From: Eledone cirrhosa
Taxonomy: Eukaryota
Reading direction: 5' to 3'
Length of the DNA stretch: 64,000 nt
NCBI GenBank assembly: GCA_964016885.1
Contig: OZ024740.1
Location: forward strand, 285,758,001 to 285,822,000
The notes under the pieces are model-generated. The model saw only the letters and a list, made by a program, of their open reading frames with translations, had not been told where the DNA came from and made no database searches. Positions 12,401 through 25,662 of the stretch are shown one piece after another. The number at the start of each line of letters is the position of its first letter. Within the stretch, counting starts at the first letter, position 1. The position numbers and the translations under genes were made by a program.

Positions 12401-14004
12401 GTATGCCCAAGGGTGGATTAAGCTTGACTGAAGTCCCTGGCTGAAAATGAAATTATGTCTTTTGTGTATCATATGGAAGCAAAACATTAATTTGGGGCCC
12501 TTTTAATATTGTAGGGCTCTTGGTTGCAGCCCATTCAATACACCCCTATTAATCTGCCACACATCTTTGTCAAATCAGTTAACTACAGAACATAAACAAA
12601 CATCCCTATTTACTTTAAATGGTGTTGATATGAAAAGCCAGGCATACACACAACCAGACAGACAATGGGCTTCCTCACAGTTTCCATCTACTTAATTCAT
12701 TTACATTGCATTGGTTGATTTAAAGTTGTATTAGAAGACACTTGCCTCAGGTGCCACACAGTGGGATTGAATCTGAAACAATGTGGTTCCGATGCAAAAT
12801 TTTTAATTGGCACAGTTATGCCTGCACCATATTATGTGTGTGACTGGGTAAATAATGAACGAATATTATTTGTTTAATGAAATGAAACATCTTCTTACAA
12901 TCAGAAGCACTAGGCACCCCTGAAGACAATGGATTAGAATAAGTTCTTCCAATAATCAAAGAATAAAAGGTACTTGTTTGAATTATGAATACATCAATGA
13001 AGATAAACTGCTGGATATCATAAGGAAAGGCCCTCCAATAGCTTGGGGTATAGAAAGTGAAGGGTCTGTCATTATTTGAAATTAAAAAAGGATGTTTTGA
13101 TCCGTGTAAGGGTTTCTAAGCCTTTAGTATGAATGAGATTGGGCATAACAATTTGAAAGCATTTATATGGCATTAATAGCATTTGAATGATATTCTTTGA
13201 TCAATATTAAAGTTGTGAAGTTTTCTATAGGATTCCTTGACACTTCTATAATTGTGTAGATTGGATATATGATGTAATGCAACATCCTGGACATGTAATT
13301 TATTGATTTCTTTTATTTTACTGATGCCAATAAAGAAACAAAGAATTGCATATATACAGTTTGAAGGTAATCAAGTGATGAATGGAGATTTCATAGTGAG
13401 ATGAAGACAATAATCGATAAATGCTTATTATTTCCGTGAGATAGCAATTGCTGCAAATATTATTGACATGGTTATTGAAATTCTGTTAAATTTTACATTT
13501 AATGTCTTTAAGAAACAAAGAAAATTTTGTGAAATTATGAGCTTGGGTTGGAAATATAATTTCCACATTGATTTTAGTGGTATTTAAAGAATTATGGTTT
13601 GTATACAACTTTTGTTATGTAACGGTCTCTGGTCTGGAAATGATTTCTTCAGATTCGAGAGAATTAGTTTTTAAATTATTTCTAGTCTTCATATTGAATA
13701 AGAATAAGGCTATTTCAAATGTCAGAGTAATTATGAAATAGAAGAAAATTCAAATTGTTATTGCTCTCTTAAAATGAAAGCTTCACTACCCAATGATGCT
13801 ATTCATTTTGATATATATTACATAAAGATTTGTTCAAATCTTTGAATAATTTCATCACCAGCAGCTGTTCTTCTCCTGACACTGATTTGAAGAATATTTT
13901 TGGCTTATGAAATGGTTATATTTCTAATATTTCTCATTAATTCCATTTTCAGTTTTATAATTGGAAATGTCCTTAGAACACTGTCTTATTTTAAATGTAC
14001 TTAG

Positions 14005-15394
14005 CACGCAGGGAGGCTGAGAGTAGGAGATTTACCAATGTTCTGCGACAGGAAGATCCACATTGCAAGGCAGTGTGTCAGTGCAAATCAGGATGTTGTT
14101 GGAGATAAGTGTGTCTGGAATGATGGTGTGCTTAGTGTCACGAATGATCAAAAAAAGGAGGCCTGGAAATGTCATTATGAGAGACTGATGAATGTGGAGA
14201 ATGAATGGGACGGAGAGAAATTACCCCCCAGTAGACCCGACAGAGGGACCAGCTGTCAGTAAAGTGAGAATAGGAATGGAGTTTAGTGAAGAATTCCAGA
14301 TACAAGTAGGTGTACATCAGGGTTCGGTCTTCAGCCTGCTCATGTTCATTATAGTCCTCCAAGCCATAACAGAGGAGTTTAAGACTGGATGCCCATGGGA
14401 ACTTCTCTATGCTGATGATCTGGTTCTTATAGAAGAATCAGTAGAGGAGCTAGAGAATAAATTCTGGCTATGGAAACAGCAGTTGGAATCAAGAGGCCTG
14501 AGAATGAACATAGCTAAAACAAAAGTGTTGATAAGTAGAAGAGAGGACAATACTCTGATTCCATCAGGAAAATGGCCATGTTCGATATGTAGGAAAGGAA
14601 CTAGCATAAATTCCATAAAATGTACGCATTGCAGATCTTAGGTACACAAGAGATGTAGTGGGATAGCAGGCAAACTAACAGGTAGGGAAAACTATGTATG
14701 CAGTAGATGTACTGGGACAGTTGGCAGTTGTAATCGCAGTGATAGACACATTTTTCCAATGCAGGTGGGTTCTATAGAAGTGGTTGATAGCTTCCGGTAC
14801 GTAGGTGATCAGATTAGCATGGGAGGGGGGAGTTCCGAGGCCATAGTATCTAGAATAAGGACGGATTGGAAGAAGTTTAGGGAGCTGCTTCCTCTGTTGA
14901 CAAAGAAGGGTTTCTCTCTGAGGACGAAAGGGCGGTTTTATGATGCCTGTGTGAGATGCGCAATGTGACATGGGCAGCAACTGCAGAAGATATGCGACGG
15001 CTCGAGAAATGAAGCAAGTATGCTCCGTTGGATGTGCAATGCCAGTGTGCGTGAACGACCAAGCATAGACAAGTTGAAAAAGAAACTGAGTATAAGAGGG
15101 ATAAGTTGTGGTATCCAGGAGAGAAGGCTGAGAGGGTATGGACATGTGATACGCATGGAGGATGACCGTTGGGTAAAGAAATGGCAAGAAATCCCAGTAG
15201 AAGCAAGACAGTAGAGGTAGACCACGAGAAACATGGGCGGAGGTGGTGAGAGCAGACCTCAGATCGCTGAAACTCACCGAGGAGATGACGAAGGACCATG
15301 ACAAGTGGAGAGATGCTGTGCTGAATAGGACCCATCGAACTCTTGCAAGCAGGGAAAAGCGGACGTAAAATGATGATGATGATGATGATGATGA
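14005..15394 (+). mobile_element. RTE-clade LINE, 5'-truncated and internally deleted
   Basis: ORF 14192-14641 has RT motifs VGVHQGSVFS and ELLYADDLVL followed by CSICRKG...IKCTHC; downstream FRYVGDQI and GHVIRMEDDRWVKK; (GAT)n tail. Confidence 0.93.
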
Positions 15395-15524
15395 AACTTA
15401 GAGGGGTTCATTTATTTCAATAAAGTTTACAAGATATTGCTTTACATCTATCATAGAAACCATATATCATTTACAGATGTAAATAATTCTTTTCTTGTTG
15501 TTTCTTGAAGGCAAAATACATTCT

Positions 15525-15635
15525 AGTTATTAGCTACTTTTAATGTAAACTAGCTATTTATATTAGTTACGTTACTTTTAATGTAAACTAGTTATTAGCT
15601 ACTTTTAATGTAAACTAGCTATTTATATTAGTTAT
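15525..15635. repeat. Short tandem duplication (AGTTATTAGCTACTTTTAATGTAAACTAGCTATTTATATT)
   Basis: Two full copies and one partial copy. Confidence 0.75.
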
Positions 15636-16391
15636 GCATCAGATTTTGGTTGTTTCCTATTTAGGTATAGATTCTTTTACTAGATTTATTATAACAGCAA
15701 GCTTCTTCATTTCACCCTCCCAATCCCCTGGATTTCACCTCTTCCTCCATCATTTCATGGTCTTCATGACAGCAAAGTAGCAGAGTAGTTAGAACATCAG
15801 GTAGTGCTTTGCGGTGTTTGTCTCAGCTCTCTGCTCTCTCAGTTCAAATCCCACCGAGGTCAACTTTGCCTTTCATCCTTTCATGGCCGATAAAAAAAAG
15901 TACCTGTCTAGTACTGGGGGTTGATTTGTCCTCTATATCTCTTTATCACTTCCTTTCTCCCACTTTCTATCCTTCTTTGGAAGAGTGCTGCTGTGCTCAG
16001 ACTATGGGAAGGGATGGGCTCAGCCAGGCTTAAAAAAATGCCCAAGAAACGCTGTATGCCAGTACAACACCCCTACGACTCCAACAAGTTACGAGTTATT
16101 ATTCTTAGTCTTCCTTTTCCTCATTCATTTCCATCATTCTTCTCACCCAGTCACTTTCATCCTTCCCCAACACATGATCCAACCATCTCATTCTATTTCT
16201 CTTCACTGCATTCATCACTAGAATTATTGTTTGAGGGAATTAAAATCTGATACGAGAAATCTACAAAAACAGATTGCTCATCCTAGATTACGAAATACTT
16301 CAAATATATAATATTTGTGTTGCCTTCATAAAATATAAATTTTCTTTTCATGTTTCTTTCTAAAACTGGTTACTTTCTAATTATTTTGCAG

Positions 16392-16475
16392 TCAGGGGGA
16401 ATTAAGCACCTGTTGGTACATCTTATTATCTGGATCAGTCTTTATTGAAGGTTCAATGTTTCTTCCAAGAAGCAG
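16392..16475 (+). CDS. RAPGEF2: Internal coding exon of Rap guanine nucleotide exchange factor 2/6 (PDZ-GEF), N-terminal cyclic-nucleotide-binding-like region
   Basis: Acceptor TTATTTTGCAG| and donor AG|GTAAGC; 84 nt, phase 2/2; encodes QGELSTCWYILLSGSVFIEGSMFLPRS(S). As I recall it, vertebrate RAPGEF2 has TCWYILLSGSVFIKESMFLPRSS. Absent from the ORF track because it is too short. Confidence 0.92.
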
Positions 16476-17289
16476 GTAAGCAATTTATTTTTAACAACGT
16501 AACTAATTATTTTTTCATTTCCGTTTTTTTCCTTTTGACTCAATTTACTGAAGAGAACGATCCAATTTCTAACTTAATTATGAACCAGAAATCACGTTAG
16601 CCCACAAGATAATAACAATTTATGACTAACAATGTTTACAGGCATTAATCATACCGACACACCTGCACCACCTTATTCTTTGTGTGAGTATGTTTTGCTC
16701 TGCGTGTCAAATCTATTATGCTAGGAGATAGGTAAAAATTCAATTTTGGAATAAATAGTCAACATTAAGAAATAAATTGCTATATAAAATTTCTATTAGC
16801 AGCAACTAATACAAACAACAATATCTGCAATCATATTTCATATATTGCAATAGAATCCATTACAATCTAAAATCAGAGTTTATAAAGAACTTCTTTATAC
16901 ATTAAAGGATGGTTCTCGAACACTGAGTAAATAGCAATATTGAGATTTTCCAAATAATAGTATTGTAAACAAGGAAAAAAGTGAAAAAAAAATAATACAA
17001 ATTTCCAAATTTTGGTAATATATGAAAGAAAAAAAATATATGTTCAAGTCAAATTTAGACATAAAAATTACACCTACTCTTATATTTGGGATTAATGTCA
17101 GAAAAAATTGATATTATCATCTGCCTCTAGTTAAAAAAAATGTTATTTGTTTATATTTTACTTGCTCTATATTAAAATAAGTAAGAGAAAAAAGGAATGA
17201 GATAGATAAGTAATATCGCTATATAGTATATTAAATACTCGCTATATAATATTAAAATACATATATCTGTATACTTGCTATATAGTATA

Positions 17290-18190
17290 CTAGCTGAATT
17301 ACCCGGTGTTGCCCGTGTTACTGCTGTTCTTATTCAGATTAGTAAACAATAAATATGAAGATGTTTTTTTTATCTCATAATTATTTCAAAATATCTATAT
17401 TTTATGAAAAAAAAATCCAAATTGTAATGATAATAGAATTTAGAAATGAAAATCTGTCAATCTTGAAGCATCTCAGGGTAAACAATATTCATTGTGTCAT
17501 TGTTGGTGTCCAAATGAATAAATTGTTGCTCACACACACACTCACACATACTCTCACACATACTAAGACAGACACACACACACACACACACATACATTCA
17601 CGAACACGTGTCTGTCATCACATATGTATCTGTATGTGTAGATGTGTGTATGTTTAATTGTCTGTGTGTGAAGATAATGTGTATGTAACTTACTAACGCT
17701 ATCTGTATGTGTGTGTTTAATTCTCTGAGGCCTAACGTTAAAATAAAAATGATCATGCTTACTCACACACATAAACTCTCACATACATATACTAAGACAG
17801 ACACACAGACATACACTCACACACCTATCTGTTATCACATATGTATCTGTACATGTAGTGTGTTTACTGGTCTATATGTATGTGTAGATGTGTGTGTGTG
17901 CGTGTGTTTGTTTAATTCTCTGAGGCCAATGTATGTAACAAACTCGCAAACACACACACTCAGACACATACACACTCATATACAATGTGACGTCATCGTG
18001 GTGTTGGTGGTTTACTATAGTGACTATAGAAAGGTTATTTTAGATAAAATATTATATTTTTTTAATCCGAATGAAAATAAAAATTACATGTTGACCTTGT
18101 AAAATTTGATTTGATTTGGTCCAGCCGTTTGAGAATGCATAAAAACAGACAGACAGAGAGAGACAAAGAATTTTATATATATATTATAGA
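17290..18190 (-). mobile_element. Non-autonomous Helitron
   Basis: Minus-strand 3' end CACGGGCAACACCGGGTAATTCAGCTAG|T (GC hairpin plus CTAG); 5' end TCTATAATATATATATAAAA; subterminal AAACGGCTGG shared with the Helitron at 60855-62225. Confidence 0.75.
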
Positions 18191-18199
18191 CTAACATAC

Positions 18200-18655
18200 T
18201 TATATCTATATACTTACTATATAGTATATTAAAATACACATATCTATATACTTGCTATATAGTATATTAAAATACATATATCTCTATACTTGCTATATAG
18301 TATATTAAAATACACATATCTCTATACTTGCTATATAGTATATTAAAATACACATATCTCTATACTTACTATATAGTATATTAAAATACACATATCTCTA
18401 TACTTGCTATATAGTATATTAAAATACACATATCTCTATACTTGCTCTATAGTATATTAAAATACACATATCTCTATACTTACTATATAGTATATTAAAA
18501 TACATATATCTCTATACTTGCTCTATAGTATATTAAAATACACATATCTATATACTCTCTATATAGTATATTAAAATACATATATCTCTATACTTGCTAT
18601 ATAGTATATTAAAATACACATATCTCTATACTTGCTCTATAGTATATTAAAATAA
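18200..18655. repeat. 38-bp AT-rich minisatellite, ~12 copies (degenerate copies also at ~17215-17289)
   Basis: Unit ATAGTATATTAAAATACACATATCTCTATACTTGCTAT with 38-bp period. Confidence 0.92.
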
Positions 18656-19394
18656 GTATGGAAAAAATGAATGAGACAGATAGGTTGAAAGATGAAGAGA
18701 ATGAGAAAAAGCTAGAAAGATGATGTTGTATGTGGAAGAGGGGACAGTGAATGTCCAGTTTTTCAGCTGCTGACTTTATAGCTTTATGAATCAAAATTAG
18801 GTTCCAAACAGTCTGATAAAGTAAAGGAATTTCAGGAATTCTGGATTGCAATAATGCCAGCTTACCAGTTAAGAATGCAGGAATGTTCTATTCTTTGAGA
18901 AAACACAGAATTTTCCAGTCATTCAAGGCTGAGATGATCATCTTTATTAATTGAAAATGAATGCAAATTGAAGGAGCCACAAGTTAGATATCTTATCCAA
19001 ATGTAGAGTAAACATGTAAAACATATTTCTTTGTGTATAATATGATTTGAATATAATACAAATGGTGTTTCTAAAGCAAAACACAAAACAAAATAAAACA
19101 TTTATGTATAATATCACCCTGGATTACAATTATGGCTATGTAAATGTTTTGTTAACCATCAAAATCTCGATCCCATACATATATTTCACTATGCCATTTA
19201 GTTTCTTGCAACATTAAAACATGTAAACTACCAGATATTGAGCATTTTGTGTTTACAAATACCATTTGTAAACAATTATTATCAACATTTATTTGAACGG
19301 AGTATTTTTAAGCTCAGAAAAATTTTCTGAAAATATGTACTCGAGTATTTTCAACCAGTAATTTAAATTTTAAATTTATCATATTATACATGGG

Positions 19395-19433
<39 letters not shown>

Positions 19434-19546
19434 GGGCTCAATCGATAGAGATTGAACCTTGAGCTGATCAATGATCAATTACAAAACGCGCGTGACACCT
19501 GAATAAACTTAATGAAAATTTGACACCTCATCCATACTTATTAATT

Positions 19547-19657
19547 TTCAAATCCCGCCGAGGTTGACTTTGCCTTTCATCCTTACGGGGTCGATAAAAT
19601 AAAGTACCAGTAATGCACTGGGTAATTGCTGGCCTTGTGCCTAAAGTAGAAACAATT
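19547..19657 (+). mobile_element. Family A SINE, 5'-truncated
   Basis: TTCAAATCCCGCCGAGGTTGACTTTGCC ... GTAGAAACAATT. Confidence 0.85.
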
Positions 19658-19716
19658 AATTATATATATATAGTAGTTTCCACAACGGTTAGTTCACCAC
19701 ACCGAGAAGAATTTTG

Positions 19717-19780
<64 letters not shown>

Positions 19781-20497
19781 TATATATATGATGAGAGAGG
19801 GAGAGAGAAAATCATGAAGACTACGAAAGTATTAATGCTGGAGGATAATAATTTTGTTTCTATCAAATTGTCATATAGATATGACTATGAATTCATAGTC
19901 ACCCAATTTCTTTTTAGAAAATTATGAATATTAGTACAGCTTCATACTAACCATGTTTAATTTAAGACACTGCTAGTAAGGGTTGTATAGTAGTGAAAAT
20001 TAGTATATTGACTTGATTCTTTCAATGCTTACAGATAACCTTACATAACCACTTGTGTGGAAACCATGACACATGTTTCTATTACTCCTTGTGATCTTAG
20101 TTATTTTCCCTAGCTTATTGGCAATATTTATTTGTGTGTGTTGGACCTCCATCTGTTCAGACGAGTTTTTCGATCAATGGGGCAGCTGGCTCATAAAATT
20201 AACCGGCAAGTGGTTGAACATTCTACAGACATGTGCACCCTTAATATAATTCTCAGAGAGATTCAGCACCATACAGTGTGTGACAAGGTGGGTCCTTTGA
20301 ATTATTGGTACAACTAATTTTTGCCAGCTGAGTGGACTGGAGCAATGTAGAATAAAATGTCTTGATCAAAAACACAACACACCACTTTGAATCAATCTTA
20401 CTATCTTACAATAATGAACCACTAAGCCATGCAACTTTATGCATGATACCAAACTTACCTCAAACCACTTCTGGTTCTATGATATAAAGTTGTTTAA

Positions 20498-20718
20498 CCC
20501 TCTAACATTTACATTACTCTATATTTACTATTGTATTTTTGTGGTAAAGGCTTTATCTTACATAATTATCTCACATAATAGCGAATCTACGAGATTTTGA
20601 TATTATTTATTTTGAGAACAATACTATAATGTAGGTATGAGCGGTCAGTTATGGCTGGTTTGAAGAGAAAGATGTAAGAGATTTCTGGCCAGATATGGCC
20701 GGTTTAAATGCTAAAGGG
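20498..20718. mobile_element. piggyBac-like MITE with TTAA TSD
   Basis: TTAA|CCCTCTAACATTTA ... TAAATGCTAAAGGG|TTAA; homologous to 41755-41989. Confidence 0.8.
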
Positions 20719-22871
20719 TTAATTTAAAGTGTTTATATTTATCTTAAAAAACCTTCCATCATAATTTTGTATAAGAACCTTTTTTAATCTATGCTCCAAA
20801 GATCATCTTACTATTGAGAAAATAAGTTATATTGCTAAATCCTTCCAAATACTTCATTATTTTCACATGATTTGAAAATCATAGGCTGTATATTTTGTTA
20901 GAAATATGGTAAAGGTAAGGAAAGGGTTAAACAGCCACTAGGTGACAAAGGTTAAGTCAACTCTAAAGTGATTAAGGCAATAAATCATTCAAGTGCTAAA
21001 ATACTTGGTTGTTTTAATGGCTGTTTGGACACTAAAACTCTTGGCTGTTGAAACATCTTCCAGCTTGAAAAAATATTAAAGCAAATAAGAACTAAAAACT
21101 TTGATATCATTTGGAAAAGTAAAATGAGATTCCCCCCCCCCCCCCCCCGATTCCTTTTCCCCCTAGAGTAAACTGGAAATGGTGAATCAAATATCACTGT
21201 CTGCTCTCATTTCAAATTGCTATCATGATCTTCCACTTTGCCAACATGGTTTCCATATTACAGTTGTATGCTACAGTTGTATTAAGCTCAGTAACAACAC
21301 AAAATTTCTTTTTTTTTGCAATTCAATGCTTAACATATTTATGAAAGTGTATACATAAATGTATGGAGTTTGCTTCACACAGTCTAGCTGAAAAGCACCT
21401 ATCTTTTTGATGAGGTTACATTAGAGGAGCATGTAATCTAATAATGAAAATTTCTGGTTTTCACTCTCTAACCCTATAATTATCTGCTTTCTATTTTATT
21501 TCCCTAAGCTTTGATGGGTTAGACAGTTCTGCAAAGTTGGATGTTTTATTGTACTAAAATGATAACTCTTTATTGGATTCTTGTTGTTTCTCATCTGAAA
21601 TGAGAATACTCTTTTACATTTTAATTGATTTAGTTAAAATAATTAGGCAGAAAATTGGCAGAGTAATTAAGGCATTGAATAGAGTGCCTTGAAGTATTTG
21701 TTCCAGGTCTCTGAGTTCTGGGTTCAATTCATGACAAAGTTAACTTTGCCTTTTATCCTTTCAGTTTCAGTAAATACAGTACCAGTCCATTACTGGGGTT
21801 AATTCTTCCTCTATATCTCCTTTTTACCCCTTCTCTTACTCTCTGTTTCTCTGTAAGAAATCAACTGTATTTAATACTGGAGAGAGATGGGCCTATGTAT
21901 GCATACAAGTTAAATTAGTATGGATGATCCATATTCCAATGGATTCTGTACTCTGTTTCTATTTTATGTGAGAATAATGTACATGTCTTACTTTACAAAA
22001 CAGAATATAAATTTATGGCCTATTACTTTTTGTTTTTTATTTTGTTTTATCAATAAATATTGTTGAAAAGTATTTCTAGAGTGAATATCAGTTTTCCATT
22101 CTCTAAAAAAAAAAAATAGTTTTATTGCAAATAGATTTGTCTTTTTAAAAAAAAAAATCTACATAAAATTTGACAAAGTCTTTGAGCTTTGTGACAACTA
22201 ACATACAATTTTAAACTAGTGGCTATCATATATATTTTACTCTTTTATTCTATTGCAACTAAATTAATATTTCAGCAAAAATCTTCTTTATTCCTGTCTG
22301 GTTCTGGTTCTAAATCTTGTTTTTCCTTTCAGTTTTGACATAGCATCAATTCTTTATCCCACACCAAAAAAATATTCGCTTTATCTTTTGGCATATCTTT
22401 TCTGTGGCCAGGGAAATTGTATTCTCTTTTGTTAATGGTCACAGGGGAGATGTGTCATTCTTGGCAAGCTATTTGAGCCTCTTTGCTTTTAACAAAAAAA
22501 ACAAAAACAAAGAAAGAAGTCTGTTATTGGCTATATTTTCTGTAATTCTATCATGATGGCTGTTGTAATAAATGTGTCTCTCTCTAATCAAGATCATATT
22601 CCTCTTGTACTACTGGAAGAATAATACCAAGTCATATATAATATTGCGTGTTCACATTTTATCCATAGATTAAAATAACTTGTTTAACACTTTCATGGCT
22701 GCATTTCTAATGAAATACACTCTATTTTAATGAATACAACTTATTTTGATTAATTAATGAAGAATTTTAAGGGATTTACTAAAATTATTAATTATTTCAT
22801 TATTGAGATGGTATTATTAACAAAAGGTTCTTAGATAAAATTATGTTGTAAAATTCTAATTTAAGAATATG

Positions 22872-23215
22872 ATTGCGAACACAACTGGCTGAAATGGGGT
22901 TCCTCCGAAGGGTCTTTCACTCCAAGTATAACTGCTACTTCTCCAAATTGAGAGATTACAGCTCCAATACTATGGGCATGTGGTTAGAATGTAACAGGAA
23001 AGAGTTGCTAGACAGATTTTATGGGCAAAACCAACTGGCAACAGACCCAGAGGTAGACCCAAGCAAGATGGTTGGATAACATTCATGAGTTCAGCTGGTC
23101 TTGCTTGGGTATCCAACCGGATCAGTTGGAAATGGTTACTTCTGACAGGACTCGCTGGAAGGTGTGTTTGAGGACTGCCCTCATGACCCTCTCTGGAATA
23201 AGTAGGCGAAGAAGA
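22872..23215 (+). mobile_element. LINE 3' fragment (RTE-like, different family)
   Basis: QLAEMGFLRR; other frames give LQLQYYGHVVRM and RPRGRP. Confidence 0.65.
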
Positions 23216-25574
23216 GATATTAATTTAAATGGGAATCCTTAACACCAAAATCACCTAAAACTGACTCTTGTCCTCTGATATGAAATAGCTTATTTTAAAA
23301 TGTTTATATTTATTTAAAAACCTTATATCATAATTTTACATAAGAACCTTGTAAAGTTATGTTCCAACATAATGAGAAAGTTATTTTATTACATCCCTAT
23401 ATATGATTGATTATCTTCAAAATGATTTGAAAATCATAGACCGCATCTTTCATTAAAAATATTCTAATAAAAAAAATTATGAATTGTGGAATGGCTAAGA
23501 AGCTTGGTTTGCAATAATTTCTCGCATTTGATCCCATTGCATGGTATCTTGGGAAAGTGCCATTTATCATAGCCTCAATTTGACCCACCCCTTGTCATTG
23601 AATCTGAGTAGGCAGAAATTGTTCGGAAACTCATCTGATGGACTGCACTTGCAATTCAAAGAGACAGCTTTGTTACTATGTCATGCTGAATCTTCCTGAG
23701 AATTTCATTAAGGTTACACATGGCTGTGGAATATTCAGCCACAGGCTGTTCAACCCGTTGATTGAACAATGAAACATTCATCATTGAAACTGATGTCAGT
23801 TCATTCCATTCCAATAACAAAAAGCTGGGTTATGTTAAAGACATTTTAGAACTGCACAAATCTTTGGGCATGTACTGTGACCCAGTGTTTGATATTTTCT
23901 AAGTCTGCTAAGCATTTATAATGTCTATTTTTAACATTTTATGAGTGTTTTAGGTTTTTAACATTCATTTACCACATTAGCACGTATAGTATTTGACACA
24001 AAATATAAACTTACTGCACAAAATTAGATTTAGAACTACAGCAGCAGGGGTCAACTGCATGTTAAAATAATCACTGACAAAAGGGTTAATACAAATACAC
24101 AACAGACTCTTGAGCATTTTTTCTTCCACATGAACAGGCATTCACAGACTGGATAACAAAATATATGTGTGCATGTGTGCATAGGTTTCCTATATTCTAT
24201 TTCACTCTTTTCATATTGATTTTTATTTCTCATTGCAACGGCATCTTTGCACATTTTTAATACCATGTTCAGTTTTGTACATGAATGAAAGTGTACTTTT
24301 GTCTGAAACTTGTGCAGATGTTTGCAGTTTTTATAGTATTATTCACTGCAATTGTATTCACTTATTCACATCTGTGCACACTCTTGTATACACATATTTG
24401 TGTGTGTATATATACATATGTGTGTATATTGTATGTATATATATATCCTCATCATCACCATTTAACATCAATTTTCCATTCTGGCATGGGTTAACTGGCT
24501 GTCATGTTTTGAAGCTGGGCTGGTCAGGTACTAGGCCCTGTTTGTATGCTTTGTTTTGGTTGATTTCTATGGCTGGATGCTCTTCCTAATGCCAACCATT
24601 TCACATGTACTGGGAGCATTTTATCATGTCTCTAGCACCACCACATTATAGTGTGGACTGGGTGCTTTTGTGGGGGCACTAGTACTACCACATGATCGCA
24701 ATAGTGTATTCAATTTACTCGGTGTTGCTGGGGAGGTATTGGTGGGTACTGGGTTACAGACATGGAATTGCTGGAAGAGGGGGGGGGGGGGTCATGGTGG
24801 TGGCCTAGAAGCAAGTGGAGGGTGTCTGACATTGTTGGGTGTGCAGTTTTCCTTGGGGTGTTTATATACTGCTTGAATCAAGTGGGTGGTGTCTGCCATT
24901 TTTGGGTGTGCTAGGCTTTCCAGGGTTGGGAAAATGTTGGGGGGTTGGGGCAAAGTTTCAACAGAGAAGGTGAATCAGTCAAAGTTCATCTTAACTAGCA
25001 TGAATTTGGCAACAAAGTGAGATATATACCACCTCTCTACTTCTTCAGGCTTAGTGTAGAGAAAAGGATCGGAGGCAGGGACATTCTGGCATAGATTTCA
25101 GGAGTATACTGGCAGGTGGGAGATGGGACCTGGGTGTTGCACTACCTTTCTGTTTCTTAGGATTTAATATAAGTGGTTAACCATCTTTATGCTGCTTCAT
25201 TCCACTTGCGTGGGAAGGTTAGTTTATCTTATTATGTAGTATCACGAGTTTTCTCGATTTTGGGTCATCTTTGTGAGGTTCAGCTGCATGAAGTCAGCCT
25301 TCACTACATAATCTCATGTTTTCCTAGCTCTTCTCTGACCAAGGGTTCCTTTTATTTCAAGCACTCTGCATTTTTTTATGCAGCTGTCATCTTTCATATG
25401 CATTACATGGCCATACCATCACATATCCCGTCGTTTTTTATTAAGAAATTTTATAACAACAGCGGGAATCTATGTTACAACCCAATATATTTACTCTTTT
25501 ACCTGTTCCAGCCATTCGGCTGAGGCCCTGCTGGGGCACCACCCTTGTTAAGAAATATGTAAGACCATTCAACA

Positions 25575-25662
25575 GATAGTAGAGTGTAACTATATTAGAG
25601 TCTGGAATTAGCTGATGAAACGGCAAGAGCTCAGCCGTCGGGTCTCGACTCTTTCTAATATA
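25575..25662. mobile_element. Penelope-like pLTR foldback remnant with hammerhead stem III and GUC
   Basis: CTGATGAAACGGCAAGAGCTCAGCCGTC inside outer inverted repeat TATATTAGA...TCTAATATA; related to 55133-55301. Confidence 0.5.

Noticed and set aside
12408-12560. Possible hAT-type MITE (similar GGGGCCC-containing stretch at ~28540-28690)
   Set aside because: TIRs and TSDs are too degenerate to delimit confidently.
12860-13480. Possible ancient LINE remnant (shares ATAGGATTCCTTG with ~10778)
   Set aside because: Too decayed to assign by eye.
14675-15335. 209-aa and 152-aa minus-strand ORFs
   Set aside because: Antisense shadows of the RTE coding region.
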